Below, piece after piece: positions 18,930 to 27,482 of a stretch of 32,000 nucleotides of DNA (positions within the stretch are counted from its first letter, which is position 1; each line of letters begins with the position of its first letter). The stretch covers positions 90,001 through 122,000 of the forward strand of contig NZ_CP046579.1 in NCBI RefSeq assembly GCF_013365475.1, written 5' to 3'. Under the pieces are notes generated by a model that did not search any database, was not told the DNA's origin, and worked only from the letters and a program-made list of their open reading frames with translations. Made by a program: the position numbers and the translations under genes. The DNA comes from Candidatus Saccharimonadota bacterium (GTDB lineage: Bacteria > Pseudomonadota > Alphaproteobacteria > Rickettsiales > Anaplasmataceae).

Positions 18930-20195
18930 TTATACTCGCCCAAAAATAAGAGATGCGTTAGTACCACCGAAGCCAAATGAATTAGAGAGAACATACTTAA
19001 CTTTGTGTTCTTGAGCTTTAAACGGTACAAAATTCAAATCACATCCATCAGAAGGTTTATGCAAATTTAAAGTTGGGGGGATAATTCCATTATTTAATAC
19101 AAGAATGCTAAATATTGCTTCAACACTCCCTGCAGCACCAAGTAAGTGTCCTATAGAAGACTTAGTAGAAGAAACCGGTACTTTATAAGCATGCTTGCCA
19201 AATAACTGTTTTATTGCCATTACCTCAACTTTATCTCCGAGCAGTGTTGAAGTGCCATGTGCATTGATATACCCAATTTTGGTTGGACTAATTTGTGCAT
19301 TCTTTAAAGCAATTTGCATTGCCTGAAATGCCCCCCTTCCCTCTGAATGTGGAGCTGTAATATGATATGCATCACCTGTTAGACCATACCCAACTAGTTC
19401 AGCATATGCTTTTGCATTCCTTCTCTTTGCATGTTCATATTCTTCTAAAACTAATATTCCTGCTCCTTCACCCATAATGAATCCGTCACGTTCTTCATCC
19501 CATGGTCTTGAAGCTTCTTCAGGCTTGTCATTAAACTTAGTTGATAGTGCTCTCATAGATGCAAAACCAGCAACTCCAACCCTACAAAGGGCACTTTCTG
19601 ATCCACCAGCAATCATCACATCTGCCTCACCAAGCTTTATAGTTCTTGCTGAGTTTACTATTGCATGCGCACCTGTTGCACATGCAGTTACTGCTGAATC
19701 ATTTGGTCCCATAAACCCATACTTAATAGAAATATGACCAGATATCAAATTTATCAGACTTCCAGGAACAAAAAATGGACTAACACGTCTTGGTCCCTTT
19801 ACATGCATAGTAAGCACGTTTTCTTGAATTGATGGAAGGCCTCCTATACCAGATCCAACAGCAACACCAATACGTTCCAGATTAACATTTTGATTCTCCA
19901 AAAGAAGTGAATCATCTACTGCCTGAATGGCAGCAGCAATACCATAATGAATAAAGCGATCCTTATTTTTTAAATCTTTTTTAGAAACATCATCCAGTGA
20001 ACTGAAGCAATTTTCAATGTCATCGTACTGTAAAGGAACTTGCCCTGCAATTTTGCAAGCAAGATCAGAAACATCAAATCTGCTGATTCCTTTTATACCA
20101 GACTCACTACCTATTAACTTAATCCAAGTATTTTTAACATCTGTCGCTAGTGGAGTAATTAGGCCAATACCAGTAACTATTACTCTCCTATTCAT
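18930..20195 (-). CDS. fabF: 3-oxoacyl-ACP synthase II
   Basis: The 421 aa product has the active-site Cys in SAVTACATGAHA, catalytic His regions (YINAHGTSTLLGD; SSTKSSIGHLLGAAG) and the C-terminal NSFGFGGTNASLIF. Confidence 0.95.
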   Translation of the reverse strand: MNRRVIVTGIGLITPLATDVKNTWIKLIGSESGIKGISRFDVSDLACKIAGQVPLQYDDIENCFSSLDDVSKKDLKNKDRFIHYGIAAAIQAVDDSLLLENQNVNLERIGVAVGSGIGGLPSIQENVLTMHVKGPRRVSPFFVPGSLINLISGHISIKYGFMGPNDSAVTACATGAHAIVNSARTIKLGEADVMIAGGSESALCRVGVAGFASMRALSTKFNDKPEEASRPWDEERDGFIMGEGAGILVLEEYEHAKRRNAKAYAELVGYGLTGDAYHITAPHSEGRGAFQAMQIALKNAQISPTKIGYINAHGTSTLLGDKVEVMAIKQLFGKHAYKVPVSSTKSSIGHLLGAAGSVEAIFSILVLNNGIIPPTLNLHKPSDGCDLNFVPFKAQEHKVKYVLSNSFGFGGTNASLIFGRV

Positions 20196-20464
20196 TTATC
20201 ATTAACTATTTGCTTTTTTACTATATACTCAACTATTTGCTTCATAGTTTCCATTTTTTGTGCATCTTCATCTGGAATTTCTATCCCAAACTCTTCTTCT
20301 GCTGCCATAATTATCTCAACTGCATCTAAACTATCTGCTCCGTGTTCTGAAAGCTTTGAAGAGCTGTTAAACTTTTCTACATCTTTACTAATGTGCTCCA
20401 ACACAATCTTTTTTACTTTTTTTTCTATATCTTCTCTAGTACTTTTTGCTAATTCACTATCCAT
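20192..20464 (-). CDS. acpP: Acyl carrier protein
   Basis: The 90 aa acidic protein has the phosphopantetheine attachment motif GADSLDAVEIIMAAEEEFGIEIPDEDA. Its stop overlaps the fabF start (ATGA). Confidence 0.93.
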   Translation of the reverse strand: MDSELAKSTREDIEKKVKKIVLEHISKDVEKFNSSSKLSEHGADSLDAVEIIMAAEEEFGIEIPDEDAQKMETMKQIVEYIVKKQIVNDK

Positions 20465-20609
20465 TTTCTATCAAAAAAACCTATTCTTTGATGTTATAAA
20501 AAATCTCTATGTTTGCAATACCTTTTATGGTTGATAAACTATCACAAAGCTTTTTACTCTTACAACTAAGATATACTTCACACTATACACTTTATTAACA
20601 AATTTAAAA

Positions 20610-21404
20610 ATGTTATATAAAACAATAAAAAATTTGCTTATTGCAGAAATAAACAAAATTTTACCTGAAGACAGTCAAAATAAGCTCATATCAGCAATGC
20701 GCTATGTACTTTTCGCTCCTGCAAAATATATACGTTCATTTTTAATTATAGCATCATCACGAGTATTCGATGTAGAAGTAGAGAAAATAATATCAATTGC
20801 TGTGGCAGTTGAGTGTATTCACAACTACTCTCTAATCCATGATGATTTACCATGTATGGACAACAGTGATACTCGTAGAAACCAGCTAAGCTGTCATAAG
20901 AAATTTGATGAAGCAACAGCAGTACTTGCCGGGAATGCTCTTCTCACGCTTGCTTTCGAAATAATATCATCACTAGATGAGAACAGTGACAAACGCTGTG
21001 AAATTATAAAAGTACTCTCTCAGGCTATAGGAATCAAAGGAATGGTAGGAGGACAAGCTCTAGATATCGATAAAGACTTTGGCAAAGTAAAAAAAGTTCA
21101 TTTAATGAAAACTGCAAAATTGCTTGCAGTTTCATGTGAAATAGGTGCTATAGTGGGGGGTGCAACAGATAAGCAACGTAGAGTATTATATAACTACGGA
21201 ATAAATTTAGGGCTTATTTTCCAAGCTAAGGATGATATTGAAGACTATAAACAAGACAAGGCAAACAATTTAATGTCTTTACTTGATAAAAGAAAAGTAG
21301 AAGATTATATAGACCATCTCTTTAAGCAAGCTTTGAATAAGCTAAGTAAACTTTCAGGAGACACTAATTACTTATACGACTTATTAAATCAAGTAAAAAA
21401 ATGA
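20610..21404 (+). CDS. ispA: Short-chain (E)-prenyl diphosphate synthase (farnesyl diphosphate synthase type)
   Basis: The first Asp-rich motif is IHDDLPCMDNSDTRR and the second is FQAKDDIED. GKTAKL-like (MKTAKLLA) is also present. At 264 aa it is slightly short for the family. Confidence 0.88.
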   Translation: MLYKTIKNLLIAEINKILPEDSQNKLISAMRYVLFAPAKYIRSFLIIASSRVFDVEVEKIISIAVAVECIHNYSLIHDDLPCMDNSDTRRNQLSCHKKFDEATAVLAGNALLTLAFEIISSLDENSDKRCEIIKVLSQAIGIKGMVGGQALDIDKDFGKVKKVHLMKTAKLLAVSCEIGAIVGGATDKQRRVLYNYGINLGLIFQAKDDIEDYKQDKANNLMSLLDKRKVEDYIDHLFKQALNKLSKLSGDTNYLYDLLNQVKK

Positions 21405-22306
21405 TTAGAAAGATTATATTACAGTTACTTATTTCTGTAGTAATAATTTTCACTCTAACTTCCTCTTTTATATTTATAATAGTACACATAAATAAAGGTA
21501 ATCCAGAAAAAAATATTAAGCTTTACGAAATAAATACTGCACACGATGGCTTAATACAAACAATAGCACACTACTTAATAAAACCAATCCTCGAATCAGC
21601 ACTTGACAGTTATATTAAAAAACATGGGATAATAGAATATTTAGAAGAAGTAACACAGCAAAAAAGAGAGGAAAATATGATAAATTTTTATGAGATTACA
21701 GAAGGAAATGGTAATAAAGCCCTGTGTGGTCAAGAAGTTCTATTACAAGTGTATAAAATACCTAACAATTTAGGAACACCGATTTTGAATCAAATTTATG
21801 ATATCACTTTAAAAATAGGCCAAAACAACTGGAAAGAGTTAAGTTTGGGAGCAATAGGCATGAAGGAGGGTGGAGAACGTGTAGTTACTATAAATAGTAC
21901 AACTAACAATAACGAAATGAGCTCTAGTTCTTATTATGTCAAACTACTTGAAGTAAAAGATAGATATCCAGATCCAGTAAATAATATGATGATTTTTGAT
22001 GACTTAATTAATAAAACTGGAAAGCAAGTAAAGTGCGGTGATGAAATATCTATTAAATATAGTGTAATGGAATATAACGGTGAATATATAACTAAAAATC
22101 AAATAGTACAGTTCAAGGTTGGTGATAAAAAAGTACCACTTGCCATAGAGCTTGGGGTTCTAGGGATGAGGGTTGATAATAAAAGAACTATTATTTCTCC
22201 ACCGGAACTTTTGAATATTACTGATAGCATGTTAGTCGAAGGTGTAAGTTTTAATAAAGAGTATGTGTCAATAATTAACTTAAGCCTAGATGCTAATCTA
22301 GCATAA
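21401..22306 (+). CDS. Membrane-anchored protein with two degenerate FKBP-type PPIase-like domains
   Basis: The N-terminal signal-anchor is IILQLLISVVIIFTLTSSFIFIIV. Two FKBP-like blocks follow: (GQEVLLQVYKI...IGQNNW..LSLGAIGMKEGGERVVTI) and (KCGDEISIKYSVMEYNGEYI...FKVGDKKVPLAIELGVLGMRVDNKRTIISPPEL). Canonical catalytic residues are not obviously retained. The start overlaps the ispA stop (ATGA). Confidence 0.6.
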   Translation: MIRKIILQLLISVVIIFTLTSSFIFIIVHINKGNPEKNIKLYEINTAHDGLIQTIAHYLIKPILESALDSYIKKHGIIEYLEEVTQQKREENMINFYEITEGNGNKALCGQEVLLQVYKIPNNLGTPILNQIYDITLKIGQNNWKELSLGAIGMKEGGERVVTINSTTNNNEMSSSSYYVKLLEVKDRYPDPVNNMMIFDDLINKTGKQVKCGDEISIKYSVMEYNGEYITKNQIVQFKVGDKKVPLAIELGVLGMRVDNKRTIISPPELLNITDSMLVEGVSFNKEYVSIINLSLDANLA

Positions 22307-22336
22307 ATCAAAGTTCAAAAACAAGATACAGGTACC

Positions 22337-23848
22337 TTAGAACAGTGCTTGGTAACTAAAAAAAATAATTAGAGTACATATAGAAGTAATAACCGGTGGC
22401 AAAATTAGGGAAATAGGTACCCTCCTTTTAATAAAAAGACTTTTGGAAGGCTTTGAGAAAAAAGCATTGTAAATTATTGGCAAAAAGTACATAGCATTGA
22501 GTAAAGTGCTTGCAGTCAAAAGAAAAGTAACAAATACAGTGAGTAATATATCACTAGAGTTAAAAACAGATTGAAGGATGAGGAATTTACTCCAAAAGGT
22601 TGGAGCAGGTGGCACTCCTATCATAGATAATACACCTATAGCAAATGCTACCATAGCAATTGGCATACTTTGCCCTATACCATGAATCCTATCTACATAT
22701 TTTTCACCTGTCTCCGTTGTTATGATACCTGCAACAAAAAACAAAGTGATTTTTGCAAACGCATGACAAACTAACTGGAAAATTGCAATCTTTACACTAA
22801 TGTCACTAAGAATTGAAGCAGAAAGCGTAATATACGCTAATTGAGAAATGGTAGAGTATGCGAGCAATTTTTTTAACTCCTTTTGCTTGAGTGCGATCAG
22901 TGAAGCAACAATAATAGTGAACCCAGCAACATACGGTAGCCACCCTCCAGTAAACCAATTTCTCTGTATAAAGCATTGCAGATTATCAATACCAAAAATG
23001 CACAATATAGCTTTTATTATGATAAAAACTCCTGACTTTACAACAGCAACAGCATGTAACAGTGCACTTACAGGAGCAGGTGCAACCATTGCTTTAGGTA
23101 ACCAAAAATGTATTGGCATTAATGCAGCTTTACCTACCCCATAAATCAGCATAGCAAAGCATATTGCAGTAAAAGTGATGAGTGATGTATCAAATCTAAA
23201 TATTCCATCTCCTACAAAGTCTAAAGTGTGAAATTCACTGTATAATAAGCCAAGAACTGGGAAAAATAGCACTAAAGAAGAAAAAAATAGCACACCAAAA
23301 TAATATCGTCCAGCTATTATTGAGTCATTTGTCATATCATATGTAATGAGAGGGTATGTGCTAATAGTTAGAAGTTCGTAGAAAATGAATGTAGTAAGTA
23401 AATCTCCAGAAAAAGCAATAAACATTGTACAGCTAATTGATACTGAAAGAAAACATAAGAAACTTGAGTGATTACTGCAAGAATAGTTCTTCTTCATATA
23501 AGATACTGCATACATGCTAGTTAATATCCATAAAAATGATATTAATAGACTAAATACTATTCCTGTAGAATCTAGTTTTAAACTAACATGCAAATTATTA
23601 CCAAAATCTATAAGGATAAATTGGGAATGGTCACTACATGCCCAATATGAAGCACACAGACACGTATAGGTAAATAACAGCACAGAAGAAGAAACAGTAA
23701 TGCTGTTGCTTACTCTAGGATATCTGGCAGTAAAGAATGTAATCACTCCACCAAGCAGAGGAATTAATGCAGTAATTAACAAATAATCTTCAGTAATAAA
23801 AAGTGGTAAGGAAAAAGGTATTAAAATATAGTCCACTAAATAGTTCAT
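22337..23848 (-). CDS. mrpD: Proton-conducting antiporter-like membrane subunit (MrpD/NuoL-M-N superfamily), best fit MrpD
   Basis: The 503 aa product has about 14 TM helices and the hallmark WLPKAMVAPAPVSALLHAVAVVKSGVF, which matches the NuoL/MrpA/MrpD type rather than NuoN or NuoM. Its length fits MrpD. No other mrp or nuo subunit is adjacent. Confidence 0.7.
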   Translation of the reverse strand: MNYLVDYILIPFSLPLFITEDYLLITALIPLLGGVITFFTARYPRVSNSITVSSSVLLFTYTCLCASYWACSDHSQFILIDFGNNLHVSLKLDSTGIVFSLLISFLWILTSMYAVSYMKKNYSCSNHSSFLCFLSVSISCTMFIAFSGDLLTTFIFYELLTISTYPLITYDMTNDSIIAGRYYFGVLFFSSLVLFFPVLGLLYSEFHTLDFVGDGIFRFDTSLITFTAICFAMLIYGVGKAALMPIHFWLPKAMVAPAPVSALLHAVAVVKSGVFIIIKAILCIFGIDNLQCFIQRNWFTGGWLPYVAGFTIIVASLIALKQKELKKLLAYSTISQLAYITLSASILSDISVKIAIFQLVCHAFAKITLFFVAGIITTETGEKYVDRIHGIGQSMPIAMVAFAIGVLSMIGVPPAPTFWSKFLILQSVFNSSDILLTVFVTFLLTASTLLNAMYFLPIIYNAFFSKPSKSLFIKRRVPISLILPPVITSICTLIIFFSYQALF

Positions 23849-25301
23849 CTTTTTATTTAAGAAAAGCCTGAATTGTACTCAAATTGCAATGAAAGTGCCA
23901 CTTTTTTAGTAAGTTAGTTTATGCATTACAACCGAGCACATGAGTTTTTCTAATTTGCTCACACATATAATGTGATACATGATTCGATTGAAATAATATA
24001 CTACTAAACATCAACTTTCTTCAATAGCTTCTACTGCCTGTCTTAATTTTTCCATCCAGCTTTCAGCTACAATAGTAGACTTTTGTTTAATTTACATTTT
24101 ATTATTATAAATAACTACTCAGCGACTTTGACATTTTCTTTTTCAGCAAAAGAAATGTCTCCCAAAACGTCTCCTCACTATAAGATCTTTGATTCCCCCG
24201 CAACAGCATATTTTACTTTTTGAGTGAGTATCTATTTGATTATTATATTAACTTTGAATAATAACCACACTTTCCTTATCACTTACACTACTATTTTTCC
24301 TTCCATCTTTTTAGCGTAATCCTCAAAAAGCTTTTGGTTATCATGAATCATACATCAATGAGAAAAGTGATGGGTACAGATGAATTTTTTGCTTAGTAAT
24401 AATCTTTATGTGTGTGTTCTCTTGTTGAGAGAGAGCTCATTACATGATGTTTTGAAACATTAGTCTTGTCTTACGCTTTAAAAGATGATATATCCTTAAT
24501 ATCTTGTTTTTTATTCCCACCATAATAACATATACTATCACCTGACTTCCTTTCTTAGTAGGAAATATAGTAACAACTATTTTTCAGACAACGATCTGAA
24601 AGATTTTATTATATAAATGCTCATATCAAATTTATACTAATAAACTCTTATATCTCTTAAAATTAGGAAACTAGTATTCCTCACCATTTTAATACTCTAT
24701 CCATAGTATTTACATCTTTAAACTTGATTTATTGCATCCTTTTTAACACACACTTAGCCTATTTTTTTAAGCCACTTCTTTCCCATACTTATTAACTTAA
24801 AAGTTCTGCTAATTCTTCTTATATATTATCGTTAACCAGCATAAAGATTCTTGACAACTGACTTTGATTGAGCAAATTTATTAACCTAGCTTTGTTATTT
24901 TCGATCCTTTTATATTATAGAGTACTGCAGTCTATTCTAAATTCTAAAATGCAGAAATACTGCTACTTGCTTTTAAAACAAAGCTAAGCAACTTTTTACT
25001 ATTTCTACAGCACTTAGATATCCTATACTATAAATAATACAACGTTAACCTCCATTTCTACGGAAAGTACAAACTTTAGCATTTTTCTCCATCTTCCTAG
25101 CATTTATATCCTCGAAGCCTTGCTATACTACCTATTAATCACTACATTTTTTAAACTATGCCTTTATTTCATAACCTTCAGGAATCAAACATAAAGGATA
25201 GCATTAATGTTTAAACACTTACTATAATATTCTCAAAGCTGATAGAAAGAAAAACAGAAAACAGCACAGCTAAAGACTCAAGAAGAAATAAGTCCAGAAA
25301 A

Positions 25302-26495
25302 TTACGTCATTTCACTAACCCAGTTACTTTTCTCATGGCTTAAAGTGTTATTCAATATTGCATGTCTTATCGATTTCATTAGTTCATTCATAAAGAAAAC
25401 ATTATGAATGGTGATAAGAGTGTAGGCTAGCAACTCTTTAACCTTTAACAAATGATGTATATAAGCCCTTGAATGCTTTCTACAGGTAAAACATAAACAG
25501 TCACTTTCAATTGGAGTGTTATCTAGTTTAAATTGCAGATTTCGCAAACTAATATATTCTTTACACCTCGAAGTAATAGAGTTTCTATTCTTCACTTTAA
25601 TAAGTGCAGAACCATGTCTTGCTAAACGAGTCGGATATACACAGTCAAATGTATCAATTCCAAGCTCTACTGCACGAAAGATATCTACAATTCCACCAAT
25701 GCCAAGCAAATGAGTGGGCCTTATTTTTTTTAAATACTCCATAGTAAAAGAGACTACATCATACATCTGATTTTTGTTCTGACCAAGCGATCCACCTATT
25801 GCTTGACCAAAAAATGGCAAATTATTGATAAAGTTGCAACTTTCCCTACGCAAATCCTGATATACCCCACCTTGGCTAATCCCATACATGACTTGTTTAC
25901 CATTATCATTTTTCCAAAACTCATTCAGAGAGCGTTCAGCCCATCTCTGGCTCATAAGCATTGACTTTTGTGTATACTCCCTGCTGACATGAAATGGAGT
26001 ACACTCATCTAAAACTAAGATTAAATCTGCACCTAACTTTCTCTGAACTTGTACAGATTTTTCAGGAGTGAGATAATAACTCTTGCCATTAATATAAGAG
26101 CGAAAAATTGCTCCATCCTCATTAATTTTGACTAGAGTTTTTTGTTTCTTTTTTATCCCTTTTATTTCCTCTGAAACTGAACCATGTCCCAAACTAAATA
26201 TCTGGTATCCACCAGAATCAGTTAGCATTGGTCCATTCCACCCTATCATCTTGTGCAACCCACCAAGTTTTTCTACAGTATCTTCCCCCGGTTGGAGCAT
26301 TAAGTGATAGGTATTAGAGAGTATTACTTGAGTGCCAGCTTCACTCACTCTCTCAATATCTGCAACTTTAATTGCAGCTTTTGTTGCGCAAAATATAAAT
26401 GCCGGAGTTTCTATATTCCCATTTGGGGTTTCAATAGTGCCAACTCTCGCAGAACCAGACTGCTTAGTTATTTTAAATAAAAACTCTTTTCTCAC
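25302..26495 (-). CDS. tgt: Queuine tRNA-ribosyltransferase
   Basis: The 397 aa product shows NTYHLMLQPG, TDSGGYQIFSL, VLDECTP, LLGIG and the zinc site CLCFTCRKHSRAYIHHL. The GTG start overlaps the nuoE stop (GTGA). Confidence 0.95.
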   Translation of the reverse strand: MRKEFLFKITKQSGSARVGTIETPNGNIETPAFIFCATKAAIKVADIERVSEAGTQVILSNTYHLMLQPGEDTVEKLGGLHKMIGWNGPMLTDSGGYQIFSLGHGSVSEEIKGIKKKQKTLVKINEDGAIFRSYINGKSYYLTPEKSVQVQRKLGADLILVLDECTPFHVSREYTQKSMLMSQRWAERSLNEFWKNDNGKQVMYGISQGGVYQDLRRESCNFINNLPFFGQAIGGSLGQNKNQMYDVVSFTMEYLKKIRPTHLLGIGGIVDIFRAVELGIDTFDCVYPTRLARHGSALIKVKNRNSITSRCKEYISLRNLQFKLDNTPIESDCLCFTCRKHSRAYIHHLLKVKELLAYTLITIHNVFFMNELMKSIRHAILNNTLSHEKSNWVSEMT

Positions 26496-26995
26496 CTTAT
26501 ATTTGTGAGCACCCCTATAATATCTGCTACCTTTTGAGGAGTAAGATTTTCGTAAAAATCATTATTGATCTGCACAACTGGAGCACTAATGCAGGCACCA
26601 AGACATTCAACTTCTTTTAAAGTAAACAAATTGTCTTCAGTAGTCTCATTTACATCAATTCCTAGTTTCCTCTTAAAAGTATTTAGAACCTCCTCACTAC
26701 TGCATAACCAACAAGGAGTTGTTCTGCAAACTTGTACTAGATATTTACCAACAGGTTTTAGATTATACATAGTATAAAAGTTTGCTACCTCATACACGCG
26801 AATGTGTGGAATGCAAAGCATATCAGCAACGTAGCGCATTGCAGATTTAGAAATCCATCCGCATTGTTCTTGAACGAGGTATAGCAAAGACATAACAGCA
26901 CTTCCTTCTCTACCTTTTGGATACATTTTTATAAATTTCCTTGCTTTCTTGAAATTCTCTGACGTAAAACTAAATTGATTTTCTTCTTCCTTCAT
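26492..26995 (-). CDS. nuoE: NADH-quinone oxidoreductase subunit E (24 kDa subunit)
   Basis: The 167 aa product has 2Fe-2S ligand pairs CRTTPCWLC and ECLGACISAPVVQIN, on a thioredoxin-like NuoE fold pattern. It stands alone, away from any other nuo gene. Confidence 0.95.
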   Translation of the reverse strand: MKEEENQFSFTSENFKKARKFIKMYPKGREGSAVMSLLYLVQEQCGWISKSAMRYVADMLCIPHIRVYEVANFYTMYNLKPVGKYLVQVCRTTPCWLCSSEEVLNTFKRKLGIDVNETTEDNLFTLKEVECLGACISAPVVQINNDFYENLTPQKVADIIGVLTNIR

Positions 26996-27327
26996 TTATA
27001 GTGTTCAAATTCCATTAAATTATACTGGAACAGTCAACGATTGCAATTAGACTTCTTGTATAATTTGAAAAAAGTAGCTTTATTAAAATAGCAAAGTATT
27101 TCATAATATTATAATCTATCTAACACAGAATTACCTTAACCTCAAGTATATGAGGGTCCAACAAGCGGAAAATTCTGTGTGGATAGTCGTCTTTTATTCT
27201 CTAATTTGATTAAGTATTCTAGATCATCTTCACGTTCTACAAGCATATTTAAGATTTACAGATAAATATCTGCATAACTAGGCTAATGTAGCAGTGAAGA
27301 GGTTTGTTAAAAAATTTTCTAGCTATT

Positions 27328-27482
27328 TTAGCAGTACATAGCACCACGCACTCTACCTTTAAGTAGAGATAAAAGTACAATTATTACAAACAACATTCCA
27401 CCAATAACTGATATAGCTCCACCAGCAATAAAGCAAGTACGTGCTAGTATTGATGAAATACTTGGCAGATTCGCAACTTTCC
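27328..27482 (-). other. Out-of-frame 3' continuation of the upstream membrane gene (one more TM helix), reachable by a +1 nt change in the C6 tract at 27496-27501
   Basis: With one extra G on the coding strand the reading becomes ...GLVWLGGYNTLRKVANLPSISSILARTCFIAGGAISVIGGMLFVIIVLLSLLKGRVRGAMYC, ending at the stop at 27330-27328. That is 51 stop-free codons in AT-rich DNA, including a clear hydrophobic helix. Confidence 0.5.

Noticed and set aside
24111-24351. Minus-strand frame reading MIHDNQKLFEDYAKKMEGKIVV*...KVKYAVAGESKIL**GDVLGDISFAEKENVKVAE*, considered as a pseudogene
   Set aside because: Five stops in 80 codons is about the random expectation for AT-rich DNA, and I recognise no family. 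The coding look is probably just the purine-rich composition of that strand.
27174-27182. DnaA-box-like 9-mers (TGTGGATAG at 27174-27182; TTATCCACG in fbaB near 12246; several TTATCC-N3 in 28726-29852), considered as a possible replication origin
   Set aside because: None is a perfect TTATCCACA. They are dispersed rather than clustered. The flanking genes are not those I associate with Anaplasmataceae origins.
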